Source: Octopus vulgaris
Taxonomy: Eukaryota
DNA length: 64,000 nt
Direction of reading: 5' to 3'
NCBI GenBank assembly: GCA_951406725.2
Contig: OX597831.1
Coordinates: forward strand, 46,314,001-46,378,000
A model generated the notes under the pieces. That model was not told where the DNA came from and searched no databases. It saw only the letters and a program-made list of their open reading frames with translations. Below, piece after piece: positions 40,398 to 56,944 of the stretch (positions are counted from its first letter, which is position 1; each line of letters opens with the position of its first letter). The position numbers and the translations under genes were made by a program.

Positions 40398-43300
40398 AGT
40401 TTCTGTAATCTAATAGCTAGGTCCTGGAACTTTGTTATTTTTCTATACCTCTCATATTTATTTTTTCATAACTTGGGACTGTAAAGTCAATTAATTGGTA
40501 CTGTCTACTACTTCTAAATTAGGCTTTCTGTTACTATGTCAGTCTGAATGTTGGCTCTAGGTTGACATGCCCGTTTCATATATTCTTTCTGTGCCAGCAT
40601 AATACATTCACTTACTATATGAGTAACACATTCCTCTTTTGATTTGCATAACCTACATTGGGAATGCACTTAATTTTGTCTGTTTTAGTTTTTTATCCAA
40701 TTAATCCTTGATGCTTGATCTTATGCTGCTTCTAACAAACTTTCTGTCTCTCGTTTCAGCCGTCCTTTCTGCAACCATAACCATGTCTCACTACTACTAT
40801 TTGCTACAATCATCTTTGGGAATCTACTATGCAAAGCCTTCTCCTGCCAGTCTTTTGTTTGTTTTTCTGGCTTTTAACTTTGTTTGTTTTTTGTTTTCCC
40901 TATGTCTTGCTGTGATTGAAGTAGCTCTCTAAACATTCTTTACTATTATCTACGTAGGAGTCTATATCTACTCTAGCTAACTCCACACAGTCTTCTACTG
41001 ATATTATTCCTCTTCCACTTCCTTTCTAGCCAAGTATAATCTTGCTACTCCTGTGTTGGATGGAGTCCTCCATTCATATTGAATTCATTAACAATTCTTC
41101 TGTCAAGCTTTGCTAATGTAGTTTTTGTCCAATCTACAAAAACTGCTGAGTATCTAAGTAAAGATACTATCCACGTATTTAAAGCCTTCACTAGTTTCGG
41201 ACAATTTAGTTTTGATTTCATAAACTTCCTTATCCTTCTGATGTACTCCTTCTCAATTTTCGTTTCCGTTTCTATAATTAGTACTCTGTCAGATCTAATA
41301 CTCCTAGATACTTATAACTCCCTACTTCTCTCGGTGATTTTAATGTCTGGCCATCTCGTAATTGGATGCATTCGCTTATGACTGCATGTCCCCTTTTCAT
41401 GACAAATATTGCATACTTATCTATGCCAAATTCCATCCTATATCTTTGCTGAACAGTCTTGCTGTCTGTATTAAGGAATCTCTCTTTTTCATTCTTACCA
41501 GGGTTCCGACAGTTATTCGTACTACTGCCACCTTTTCCATCGACCACAATTGCTTAACCTCTCAAGCTAACCTGTCTTATCTATCGACATTTTTCTTCCT
41601 TATCGTATACCTTGTTGTCAGCTATGCATGCTATATCCAGCATCGTTTGCTTTCTTTCTCAATTAACACTTTGTCTAGTTTCCTACTCTCTATCTCATGG
41701 TTTAATGCTCGTACCACGTTTTTGCTCTGTTAAGTCCATACTTGTTGCAAAGCGTCCAATGGCATGCATTGACTAGTAATATGCCACAGGTTTCACCATT
41801 TTGTCTACAAAGTCTGCACTTATCACTATCCAATGTGTTGTCTATTCTGTATTTGATGTAATTCGTTCTTGATGCTTGCTCTTCGACGGCACAGATTAGG
41901 GATTCTGTTTCCGGTTTTAAATCACTTTTAGTCATCCATAGCCATCTTTTTCTCTCTCTGTCTTATCATCAACATCCCTATGAAATTGTCCATGCATTCT
42001 TTCTTTGTCCACCTATTTGCAGTTTCATTCACTCTCAAAGTGCTTGTACAGTGCTCTATCTTTGCAATCTTCCATCCTACACAAGCCTGACTTTCTTACG
42101 TCCAATAATAGTGGTTCTGTGGCTTATTATACATAGCATGCTGTGCTGTTTTCCTCTGCTCTAATGCTGTGTTCGCATCAAATCAGTCCTCTTTCCCCTC
42201 CTTTTCGCGGTACATACAGTCTGTCTGTGTTACGTTTTGGATGGAGTATCCCATATCTAGTCAGTAACTTCCTTGTCATTCTGTTTAAGCTGTTTAATTA
42301 GTCGACTGTCCATGCAATTACCTCTGCTCCATATCTAAGTAGTGAAACTGCCCAGGTGTTGATAGCTTCAATCTTATTCCGTACGTTTAATTTTAACTTA
42401 AGGATCAGTCTCAGTCTGCGCAAGTACTCCACTTTAAATCTTTCTGTCATTTCTTTCTCCATCAATTTATCCATTTCCCAAATCCCCAGGTACTTATAGC
42501 CCGTATCTTCTATCTGCTTCATAACCTTCCCCGGCAGTATCGCTAGCTCGTCACATACATTTGATTTTGCCTCTCTTCAAGACTAACGCACCATACTTTT
42601 TCAGTCCGAACTCCATTTTGATGTCAGCACTGAAAGTATACACCGTATCAACGAACGAACTGACTTGGGATTCATCTTTACCATAAAGGTTGAGGTCATC
42701 CATGAATAATAAGTGGTTGACATTTGTTGGCGGCTTTTGAATACATACACAGCCTTTGCTTTCCTCAGAATCAGTGTTAGTGGTATCATGTACAGTACAA
42801 AGATCAGTGGTGACAGGCAGTTCCCTTTGAAGATGTCTTTCCTGATTTCTATGGTCCCTAAACTTCTTCCATTTGCTGTCAACTTCGTCCCCCAATTCGC
42901 CTTACTTTTTCCAAGTAATCGCTCAACATTCGATGCAATACCAAGTAGGCCCATACCCAAGAATGTGGGATCATATCATACGCCTTACGATAATCGATCC
43001 ATGACAAGGCCAAGTTAGTTTACCTCCTCTTGCAGTCTCAAAGTACATTTTTGTCTACACGGAGTTGATCTCTGGTGCCCCTGCACTTAGGCTTGCAACT
43101 CTTCTGCTCATGTGGCAGGATTCCATTTCCCCCCAGATGTTCGTACATTGACGCTGCTAGTATTCCAGTCAATACTTTCCACATAAGTGGCAAGCAGGAT
43201 ATCGGCCTGTAATTGTCTACCGTATTGCCTTTATCGATGTTTTTCAAGCACTGCACTGTCCTACCCATTGTCAATTACTCTGGTATTATTTAGACGGCAT

Positions 43301-44560
43301 GTAACAAGATGTTGAGTTGTGCAGCTATTCGTGCATGACATTCATCAAATCTTTTGATCCAGTAGCCTTGAATTCCATCTGAACAGTCTTGCAGTCCTTT
43401 TGCCCTTTTTGTTGATTTCATTCATTTCCCTAACTGAAATGACTAGTTCTGCTTGTTTTGGACAGAGTACTGTTTGTTTAAGTTCTTGCAACCATTCAGC
43501 ATCCTTCTTATGGTCCTTGTCTTTGCTCCAGATGTCACTCCAAAACATTTGATTTTGAATGTTATCTGGCATCAAATTTTCATCTATACTCTCTCCATTT
43601 ATTTCTTTGTAGAATCTCTTCTAATCCACTCTGAATAACCTCTTCTGGTGGTAACCCTTCATTCTTTGGTCTTATCTTACCATCTTTGCTTTTTTTTTTT
43701 GCATCGGGGCACTGTTTCAGTTCTTCTTCTTCTTCTTCTTCTTCTTCTTCTTCTTCTTCTTCTTCTTCTTCTTCTTCTTCTTCTTCTTCTTCTTCTTCTT
43801 CTTCTTCTTCTTCTTCTTCTTCTTCTTCTTCTTCTTCTTCTTCTTCTTCTTCTTCTTCTTCTTCTTCTTCTTCTTCTTCTTCTTCTTCCTTTATTGTCTT
43901 TGCACAGCTTCTAACGCCACGTCCTTTGTATTTCAATGTCCAAGACTTTATATTTACTGGATTTGTCAAATTCCTTTACTTACATCTATTAGTCTACAAT
44001 GACTGGCCGATTAACCTGGAACGTTCTGTCGCTGTTGACAGAAAATCCCAGAGGATAGTGACATTTTTACCTTCATCGACTGGTTCAGGATCATGTTCAT
44101 ACCAGTAAGCAGGAGTGCTGATTTTGTAGTGATTACATATTTTCCAATGTAAATTCTGTCCTACCCTATCCTGGCGATTTTGTATACGTTTGGTGTCAGC
44201 ACAGGACATCCTGAGACAAGATGGTCTATTGTTAAGTGAAATTTATCGCAGAATCTGCATTTAGGGTTAGAACCGTTTTGAAGAACGTTAGCTGGTAGCT
44301 TTTGGTAAGCAAGCTTTGATCTTGTGCCGCCAATATGAAACCTTCAGTCTGTGCTTTCAGTCCTGAACTTCTTAGCCACTGATGGTTTGCTGCTTGGTCT
44401 ACATCAGTATTTCGACTTCGAAGTATATACTGTCCATGCAGAAGCTTCGGGCTCTACTGCTCCTCAATTTGTTTCTGCCCGTTCTTTTTGCAGTCTGCTT
44501 GATGACAGTGCTTTTAGGTTCTTCATCTAATTCAGGGTTAATGCCAAGTTTCCTTGCGAA
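40398..44560 (-). mobile_element. RLE LINE fragment cluster, unit 3 (most complete RT N-terminal part)
   Basis: GRT..K...NYRPISCL...EQK.C....RGTRDQL (43038-43274), LLFMDD (42551-42895), (GAA)n between two fragments. Confidence 0.87.
43721..43888. repeat. (TTC)n/(GAA)n microsatellite, unit 3 only
   Basis: Direct reading; the surrounding ~0.48 kb is absent in units 1 and 2. Confidence 0.95.
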
Positions 44561-47500
44561 TTTGTTGTACTCTTTCGCCACAACTTTCTCTCACTCTCTC
44601 TTCCTGTTTCTTGAGTAACGATACGATGGACTGGCGTCCCGTCCAGCTGGGGGGAACACATACGCAACAGAAACTGGGAAATCGGGCCCATGAGCCTGGC
44701 TAGGTTTGAAAAGAGTGACATATTTTTTCTTATATAAACGCATAGTTAGTAAAAATATATCGAAAAATGCAGATGAAATCAAAATGATGTTAAAATTATT
44801 TGCAACTTTTATACATTTTTACGAGAGATAATGCTATTCAACGATTATTACTCTGTATGCAAGCACTAAGGACGTTCTCTGTTTTCCTTGATTCCAAACT
44901 ATCAACGTTCTATGAAGAAGTAAAATAAAGATTCTATATATTACTGCCAGATGGTAAATAATTTCATCTTTAATTTCAATTAATGACTCTCTTCGTGATA
45001 TATCGATTTAATAAGTTATAGGTTATATCGTGCTGAAGGTTTCGAAAACAAATGAAATAGTGCTATACTTAATCAACACGCACTAGCAATTGGAAATATA
45101 TCGCAATAGATAAAAGGAAATTGAATATGAGAGTTCTGTGAGTATACTTTCTTGTAGTTCTTAATTTTCAACCCTGCCTCACATCGCGAACGAATAGTTA
45201 TTTTCCTTGCATTGACGGCTATTCCGAGAGGAAACGTGTATTTGAACACGAATATACTAAATCTTAAAGAATTCATATTTAGTCACCAAATGATGAATGA
45301 AACAAACAGAAAATACGAAAACAGGTGGGTGAATAGAAGACTACAGGAAACTTAGACAAAATGGGACGGTGTGATCTGTATATATATGCAAGAATAGTTA
45401 GGAAGTATTTTTCGGAATAATTTAGAAGACAACCGCTGAAGTCCGTCAAAAATAGAAATGTAGATGAGTTGTCAAGCTCACAAGGTCTCCAGGGACCATT
45501 AAATGTTCTTTAGTACTGGCAATACAGTTTTTGTGTTTCGTATCGTTCTTGATATTTAAACTTCATATGCGATGTCTTGCCTTGAAACCTACCAACTAGT
45601 CTTTCACCAAGCAATTCCCGCATAACTATTTGCTAATCTGGTCACTGAAGGTTTCAAGTGCCGGGAAAGATACATTAGCATATTATTTTAGTGACACTGT
45701 TGACAATACGTAGAATAAATAAATTAAAGTAATATATGATATAGGTCAAAGTAATGGTAATTTTGTAGCTAATTTAAATGAAATTTGTTATAAGAGAGAC
45801 ATAAAAAGGAGACAGAGAGGGAGATAAAGCAGGGAGAGAGGGAAAGAGAGGGGGAAAGAGGGAGAAAGACAGAGAGAGTGAGAGAGAGAGGGACAGAGAT
45901 AGAGAGAGAAGGATAGACAGGGAGAGAGAGAGAGGGAGAGATAAAATTCGACAGATAAACAGAGAGTATATGGGAGATGGAGAAAAAAAAAAGCATAAGA
46001 AAATTTTCTGTCACTGAAACATATATGAGCTCTTTTCGTAAATTGACAAAAATACACATAATCATAATAGTTGAATGTGATGTTGATATTCAGATGACAT
46101 TCCTAAATGTTGAGTAAGAAATCCTTTCTACGACAAGTACAAGGCCTGAAATGTTGGGAGAGGGGACTAGTCGATTACGTCGACCCCAAGCGTTTCACTG
46201 GTACTTAATTTATCGACCTCGAAAGGATAAAAGGCAAAGTTGAACTCAGCGGAATTTGAACTCAGATTGTGCAGACGTACGCAATGCCGCTAAGCATTTT
46301 AGTTTGTTAGAAGTCTAACTGAATAAGTTTAGAATAGTATTTTAACAGAAAAATCATTTGGACCAATATAGCGTTTTTTTAATGCGGAATCGTCTAGGCA
46401 ATTCTGAAGAGACTAGTGAAAAAGTTCCAATATTCGGATAAACCTTACGGACTATTTGTATATCTGTAAGCAAAGACAGAAAAAAAGGAAAAGTGAAAGG
46501 TTGCTATCGATGCCTTATATGGACTTAGGAGTATTTAGATGGACTTGAAATCCAAGTTGTCTAATTTCACAAGGTTTTGACTGTGATAAAGGACCTTTAA
46601 ATACAGCAATGGCAGTTGAAAAGACGCAACACAGTAAGAGTAGCAATTGATTTATATGCAGCGAATGTTAAATCTTGTGCCTAGTCCCTCAAACTGCTAG
46701 AAACAGAAAACAATTTTCTCTCATATAACATCCTAACTCAATAAAGAAAAGGTGGAATGGTTGTGAAGAGAGTGTCGTTGATCAGAGATTTGTTGGATTA
46801 GGACTGACCTGAGGATAAACTATATCTGATTTATATAATATCCCGAGTAAATGTGATTTGATAGATGTTTGAGTGGATAAAATAGTGAGATATATAATTA
46901 TTAATGTTCTTTGATCTATGGAGCTCAACACCACCGCCACCAACAATAACAAAAAATGACAAGGAGAGAGAAAGAGAGAGATGTATAGAGGGAAAAAAGT
47001 GAGAGAGAGAACAATATATTACGTTATGTTAGAAAAGATGGTTCAGGAAATACAGCCCCTGAAAAAAAAAAAGAAAAGAGAGACAACATGATCATTGGTG
47101 AATTGTTTTTGATGATGGATTTGTTGGATCAGCTTCGATTACGGAGCTAAGCAAGAAGAAAATCATTAATATTATAAGCGTATACATACCACCAGCAGTA
47201 TTAGTAGACGTTTCGTTACTCTTCTGATGCGAGACTCAACACATTTCACAAGTAAATATAATTTTAATACGTCACACATCCTGTTACAATTAAAAGTTAA
47301 TTAATCTAACCATATAGGGACACCAATATCTCTCATCAAGAAAGCTAACAACAATGTTATCAATGTATATCATTTAAGCGAATTAATTTGCATAAGTCCC
47401 TCTGCGCGCACGCGCGCGCGTGAGAGAGAGAGAGTGAGAGAGCGCGTGCGTATGTGTTGTGCATATGTGTAATGGCGATCACATTATCTGACGGTGGCCA

Positions 47501-48715
47501 TGATGCCGAACGTCGGGTGGAGCATAGCCCTACACTTGTAAGATTCACACGTTACGAATCTTAGTCTAACTGTACCAAGTACGTCTGCTGCGAGACTAAA
47601 AGACAAGAATCTCTATTAAAATGAAAAGTTGACATGGGAGGAATTTCAACCGTGTTTTCTGCCTGCTACAACAACAGCTCCTTTATAGGAACCAGTTAGC
47701 TCAAGACATCATCAGGAGGAACCACGTCCGGTATCGGCCCCTGCTCCTCTACCGATTTGACGTGGCGCCTCCCCTTTCGGAGGTGTCTTCATCTCTGGTG
47801 TTGGGTGCATGTCTTCTTTCTTCTGTTCCCTGGCCTCTTCGATGTAGCGTCAACGAGTGTCAGCGGATGACTGACTGTCTTGTCAAATTTCCCTTTAAAT
47901 ACCTGCTGCAAGACTCCAGTAGGCAGCCCCAGCAAGTTGTTACGTGACACTGTCTCAACTTTAACTGACCAATGAAGGCGCGTAGTGGACTAAATATTGG
48001 GTAAATAATTCCTTAAGCTATCCACAAACAAGTAACAAAAGCTTTTCAATAGACACATGCACTTTCCTGAAAGCTTGAACCTGGTAGTCAGGCCAGTTGT
48101 TGTTGCTGAGATGCCATAAACTGCTCACTCAATAGTCATAACAAAGTATACATCATTACGTACGAAGATGGAGGTAACTCTGCGGAAATGAACAAAACAG
48201 TACATCCTGCATAAACTTAGCTGGTTGAGGGAAAAGAACGAAAGCTACAACAATAAAAGGAAGCTTTTAGAGAAATGTAATCCCAACAGCTGATGATGAG
48301 GGTTGCATTTAGCAGAAAAAAGACCTATCTTAAGCCTGGAATGTAGCTAACTGCCAAACCGTAGGTGTTTACATGGTGTTCACATGAACGGAAGTACATT
48401 CTACAAAGCTACTTAAAGCATGTATAAAATGGTTCAGACGATTTCTTTCGCCTCCAATTTTTTTCGCAGTCGATCTTCTTCACAATCATTCACACGTTTA
48501 AATACTCTTGTCCTTCCTTCTGTTATTCTTGAATTCCTACATCTCTCTTCCCATTTCACCCTACATCTTTCTCTTTCTATACTCACAAAAATGCTTTTCT
48601 TTTTCAAACTGGATGGCCCTCCCTCAAGCAAGCGAAAGGATTCTTCGTACCTCAATCATGAGATATTGCCCCTGAGGAGCTTTTCATTAAATATAGCATT
48701 TTAAATTTTACTTAC

Positions 48716-48840
48716 CCGACAGATTTTCGTAGGTCTTCATGCAGGCCTTCCGCATCAACCGTCTTTGATGTCTTTCAGCTATAATAGAACTGGGCATAAT
48801 TTTCTATGCAGCTTCGTTCAGGGTCTTTCAACCAGCCAAG
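48716..48840 (-). other. Candidate upstream exon of GPCR copy 2
   Basis: AG/GTAAGT flanks; ATG at 48797 opens MPSSIIAERHQRRLMRKACMKTYENLS + 1 nt. Confidence 0.4.
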
Positions 48841-49186
48841 CTGGAAACAAGTGTAGGTGTTTTAACCATAAAAATATACTCTATGACATTCTAAAATAAA
48901 AGGAAATAAGTTTTGACGATGTACCAGTTTCCATATTTTCTGCTGTTATAATTATTGCTAATATACACTCCAGATGATATTGTCATCCAGTGAAGCGAAC
49001 ATGGAGTTTTCAAAGTGAATGACAACACCTAGTAGACATGTACGTTAAATACTAATCGATGCGGCTAGCCGTAAACTGGAAGATAACTGAGAGCGACCAC
49101 GGTATCCGCTCAGAAAATATATTCCTCTACACTCATTCACTCATTCACTCACTCTCTCTCTCTTTCACACACACACACATACATAC

Positions 49187-49562
49187 TTATATTCTTTACT
49201 TTTAATTTCCTTTTACTTGTTTTAGTCAGTTGACTGCAGCCATGCTGGAGCACCGCCTTTACTCGAAGAAATCGACTCCAGGACTTATTTTTTGTAAGCT
49301 TAGTATTTCTTCTATCGGATCTCTTTGCCGAACCGCTAAGTTACGGGAACGTAAACACGCCAACACCGGTTGTCAAGTGATGGTAGGAGAGACAAACACA
49401 GACACAGAAACACACACACACACATATGACTGGCTTCTTTTCAATTTCCGTCTACCAAATCCACTCACAAGGCTTGGGCCGACTCAAGGCTATAGCAGTG
49501 ACTCGCAGTGGGACTGAACCCGGAATCGTGTGGTTGGGAAGCAAGCTTCTTACCATACAGCC
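49187..49562 (-). mobile_element. tRNA-derived SINE, longer copy
   Basis: Same head and tail as 9651-9819 plus a ~0.2 kb internal segment missing in units 1 and 2. Confidence 0.8.
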
Positions 49563-49793
49563 TTTTGATTAGGTTCATGTAGTTATATAGTCTGAAAACG
49601 CTTTATTTGTTTAAATATAATATTCAGATATTCAAAAAACATTGTCTTTTATGGCGAATCCTGTTTGCAATTGCTAAAAAGCAAACAAACAAAGAAAAAC
49701 TTATTAAATTTTAAATATTTTAAACCGGCAAGAACTTGTAGTGTTCATTTTAAGTAATATAAAACACCTGTGAATGATCATAAAATGTTCAAT

Positions 49794-49937
49794 TCAAGGA
49801 GTTCTGATATTTTGTCATTCTCATAACTGGAAAATTTTGCGAAATGAAGTCAGCCATTCATTAGAAAACTGTCGACTGAAAAGTCCCTAAATAAGAGCAG
49901 AGCTGAGATGAAAAGAATAGGTTAATAACACTTGGAT
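49794..49937 (-). pseudogene. GPCR TM7/C-tail relic, unit 3
   Basis: Copy of 9979-10122. The adjacent 49720-49760 resembles the 3' flank of the intact GPCRs (37511-37555). Confidence 0.85.
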
Positions 49938-50504
49938 ATGTCGTTTGGGGCTACGAAGACAGTGTTTTGATTAATTGAGAAAAATATTTCTTGTATTTTC
50001 AGGAGCGTGGGAAGCAGGTGCATCATTGCCAGGAAATACTAGGGACAAGGCCGCAGTTGCCACCCTTGTACCACTGAGGAATTTAACACCAAATCATCAA
50101 CAGCGAACATTTGGACATCAAGAAAGAAACATTTCATTGCACGTGCAAAGCAACTTAAATTACGAAGTGCCAAGAATGACGCCTTGACCTCTATCCCATC
50201 TAATTAACCTAGGCGAATTTATGAGGTAACTGGAAAATTGCGGATGTGGACAATATAAATAGGAGACATATACTCATTGGATTTCTAAACTGCATACTTA
50301 TGTGCAACTTATACATAGCATATATACAAGATGCCAGATATATTGCGAAATGTATTTTATGGACTAATACATGCTCACTACTTGTGAAAGCATAATTAAT
50401 TATACGATACTCAAGTACTTATATCTACAAAATGCGGTGTGGTGCTACCTGTTGCATTCAATAGTATACGTTTCAATATTTTTGTATTTTCATATTTCGG
50501 TACG

Positions 50505-50537
50505 TTAGGGTTAGGGTTAGGGTTAGGGTTAGGGTTA
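50505..50537 (+). repeat. Interstitial telomeric sequence (TTAGGG)5TTA
   Basis: Five perfect hexamers; absent at the paralogous sites 10712 and 28862. Confidence 0.95.
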
Positions 50538-51526
50538 TATTCACGTATTATGCATTTAATCAATACTGAAAGCTAAGTATCCCAACATAGCAAAGAAATC
50601 AGGAAGACAGAAATCACTAAATGTGATGATGCCCCAAATGTGTTTATCTACTAATTTTGAAGTCTCGTATAAGCTCGTGTATGCACATGTATTCGCATCA
50701 AAATTGGACGCGTTTACCAACATCCTAAAAGGCAAGTTTTGACATGACACCATTGAAGGCACTGTTATTCCACAAATAAATTTCTCTCTCCGTTTTTGAA
50801 AATTTTGGTATGCATTCAAAATTATTCAAAATTTATCATTTGGTTATAATATTTTTCTTGATAACCCTAAATTTTATCTTTATACAACATAACAATATTG
50901 TTTGAAATAATCTCCTATCGTACTCCATGGTAAAATTTCCTCTGTATTATCATTATTGGTTTTATTAGCGTCTTGCCCCTTAACTCTTGCCCCCTTAACT
51001 GGTAATTAACATCTTGTTTTGAGATCTTACACTAGACAACCTCATTATAACCAGTTACTTTATACTACTTCAAAATAATGTTGACATGTTTTATGACTAT
51101 ACCCATTATGTTTGGTCAACTCTTTCCTGCCTTTTCCTAATAGACACAAATCTCTAGTTTTAGATTTGATAAACAAGACTAATAAATTAAAACTGAACCA
51201 AAATCAATGACACGCTATGACCCAAACAATTTTTTTCCTGATGTCTTCTTACTCTATTAGAGTATTTAAGCAAAATTATATTAATATGTCCGACTGATTA
51301 AAAAAAAATTCTATTTATTTATTTATGCAGCTGAGGATAGCCCTGCATTTAATTTGATGTAATGATTGCATTGTTCAATTAAAAGGAGCCGCTTGAAACG
51401 GTCGTACTGCATCAGCTCTGGATATCCTGTTGCTTTTTGGATTTCATTCACTTATTTTGAGGTTGTACGCATAATACCGCACTAATGTTTGGTGCTTCAA
51501 CATAAGTACATAATTTATCTGAATCT

Positions 51527-51638
<112 letters not shown>

Positions 51639-52388
51639 GTTTTGTTTTTGTTTTTTTAATTGTATTTTTGTATTCATATTCGTGTAACATCATCTGCTTT
51701 TCCGTCCCTGTTTCGTAGGCATTGGATGCTTTTTTCCGTGGAATCTAATGCTTTTAGCTTAGTGTTTCCTTGGGGCTGGCAGGATTGGTGCAATTTCAAG
51801 ACTAATCAGCCGAAATTGCGAGTATGATCCGGTTCTTGACTGAAGATAAAAGGCTTCGAATGACCCGTCCGTGTTTTTTTTTGTATCGTCTATCTAGATG
51901 TTTTGTTGTCCTTTTTTGTATCACCTAGTTGTCCGGATGTTTTGCGTTCTTGTCCAATTTTTGTATTTTATTTGATATATATATATAGCGGGGTACTTAC
52001 ACTTTGTTCTCTTATATGTAAGTACACATTTCACTAAATTTTGTACGACTTTTTCAACACTCTCTCCCCCTCTCTCTCACATTTCTTTGCCTTTCTGACT
52101 CACTCTGCACTTCGCTATGTCCCTGTCTCTCTCTTTTTTTCTCGCCACTCCTTGATTCTTCCGTCTATCTACCTCTACACACTCTCTCTGTCATCTCCCC
52201 CTCCTTAATTCCTTTGTTTCTCTTTTCCTCTCTTTTCTCTTCTCACGTGACCGTTGGCCGACTGCTAGCCCTTTTTGAGTCTGACATCGGTCACATCGAC
52301 ATCCTTCCCTCTGCCGTAAGGCTTCATTAGTACACACACAAGCTGAATTCAATTCGTCCCCAGTCGAGAGACGCCTGTTGTTATGTCC

Positions 52389-52475
<87 letters not shown>

Positions 52476-52501
52476 TATTATTATTATTATTATTATTGTT
52501 A

Positions 52502-55691
<3,190 letters not shown>

Positions 55692-56159
55692 ACTTTTTTT
55701 CTTTTTTCAAATTTGCTTCCATTTCTTGCCGAAAGTGTCTTCCCGACTCCTAGGGCAAAGAAACTCATAGTATACATTGGTAGGCCAGTAAACCAAACTC
55801 AAGAGTTCGTTCATTTTTTTAATTTTTTTTAAAGTTAAATTAAAATACATGAACAGCAACAGTTCTCACATCGACAATGCTCTTCTCAATACGTGTGATG
55901 TACCAGTTAAGGCAATCTTTTGCACTTCTTGCAGGGATGGTAAGCCAGGGATCATTCTCATATAATTTTCGGTTCCCTTCTTGATCATTCCTAGTGCTCC
56001 TACGATCACTGGTATTGTAACCGCCTTGAGGTGCCACATTTTCTCAATTTCAATGAGTAAGTCTTTATATTTTCTGAGCTTGTCAAACTCTTTCGCTGAG
56101 ATATTATGATCACAGGGGATGCTCATGTCGATCAATAAGCAAACTTTATTGTTTTGGTC

Positions 56160-56221
<62 letters not shown>

Positions 56222-56868
56222 CATTATTACTATAATCATTGCTTTTGCATAGCTTCTATCGCTAAAGATGTATTACATTGGCAGCTGTTCACTACCTGTG
56301 AACTAAATTAACAAATTTTATATAATTTTCGAGAAACTTTGGGAGTATTCGAGCGGTTACAAGCAGTGCTGTTTCCTGCAAGTGTTCCACCCTTATTGCA
56401 GCCCCTATTTGTTCCATGTACTTCTCGAGATTTTTACTCACTGTTCCCAGGGCTCCGACAATTACTGGTACCACTACCACCTTTTTCATCGACCATAACT
56501 GCTTTACCTCCCAAGCTTTTCTTTCTTCCTTACCGCATACCTTGTCATCAGCTGGGCGTGCTATATCTATGATCCAGCATAGTTTGCTTTCTTTCTCAAG
56601 TAAGACTATGGCTGGCTTCCTATTTTCTATCTCATGGTCGCATTGAATCATAAAATCCCACAGGATCTTTGCAGAACGATATTTTTGTAGATATCAAAAA
56701 TGACTTCAAAATGGCGTCGTTTTCGTCTCCGAGTCAAGAAGAGAGGAGAGAGGAAGATGTTTTGAGGATGAAATCATCTTTGATAGCCAACGTTTTTGAA
56801 ACAATTTTGCAGACTTTATTAAAAGTATTAGTAGCAGTATCAGTGGTAATAACAGCAGCAGCAGCAGC

Positions 56869-56911
<43 letters not shown>

Positions 56912-56913
56912 GC

Positions 56914-56944
<31 letters not shown>

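Noticed and set aside
43580-43969. Poly-Glu / poly-Ser ORFs
   Set aside because: (GAA)n microsatellite between LINE fragments.
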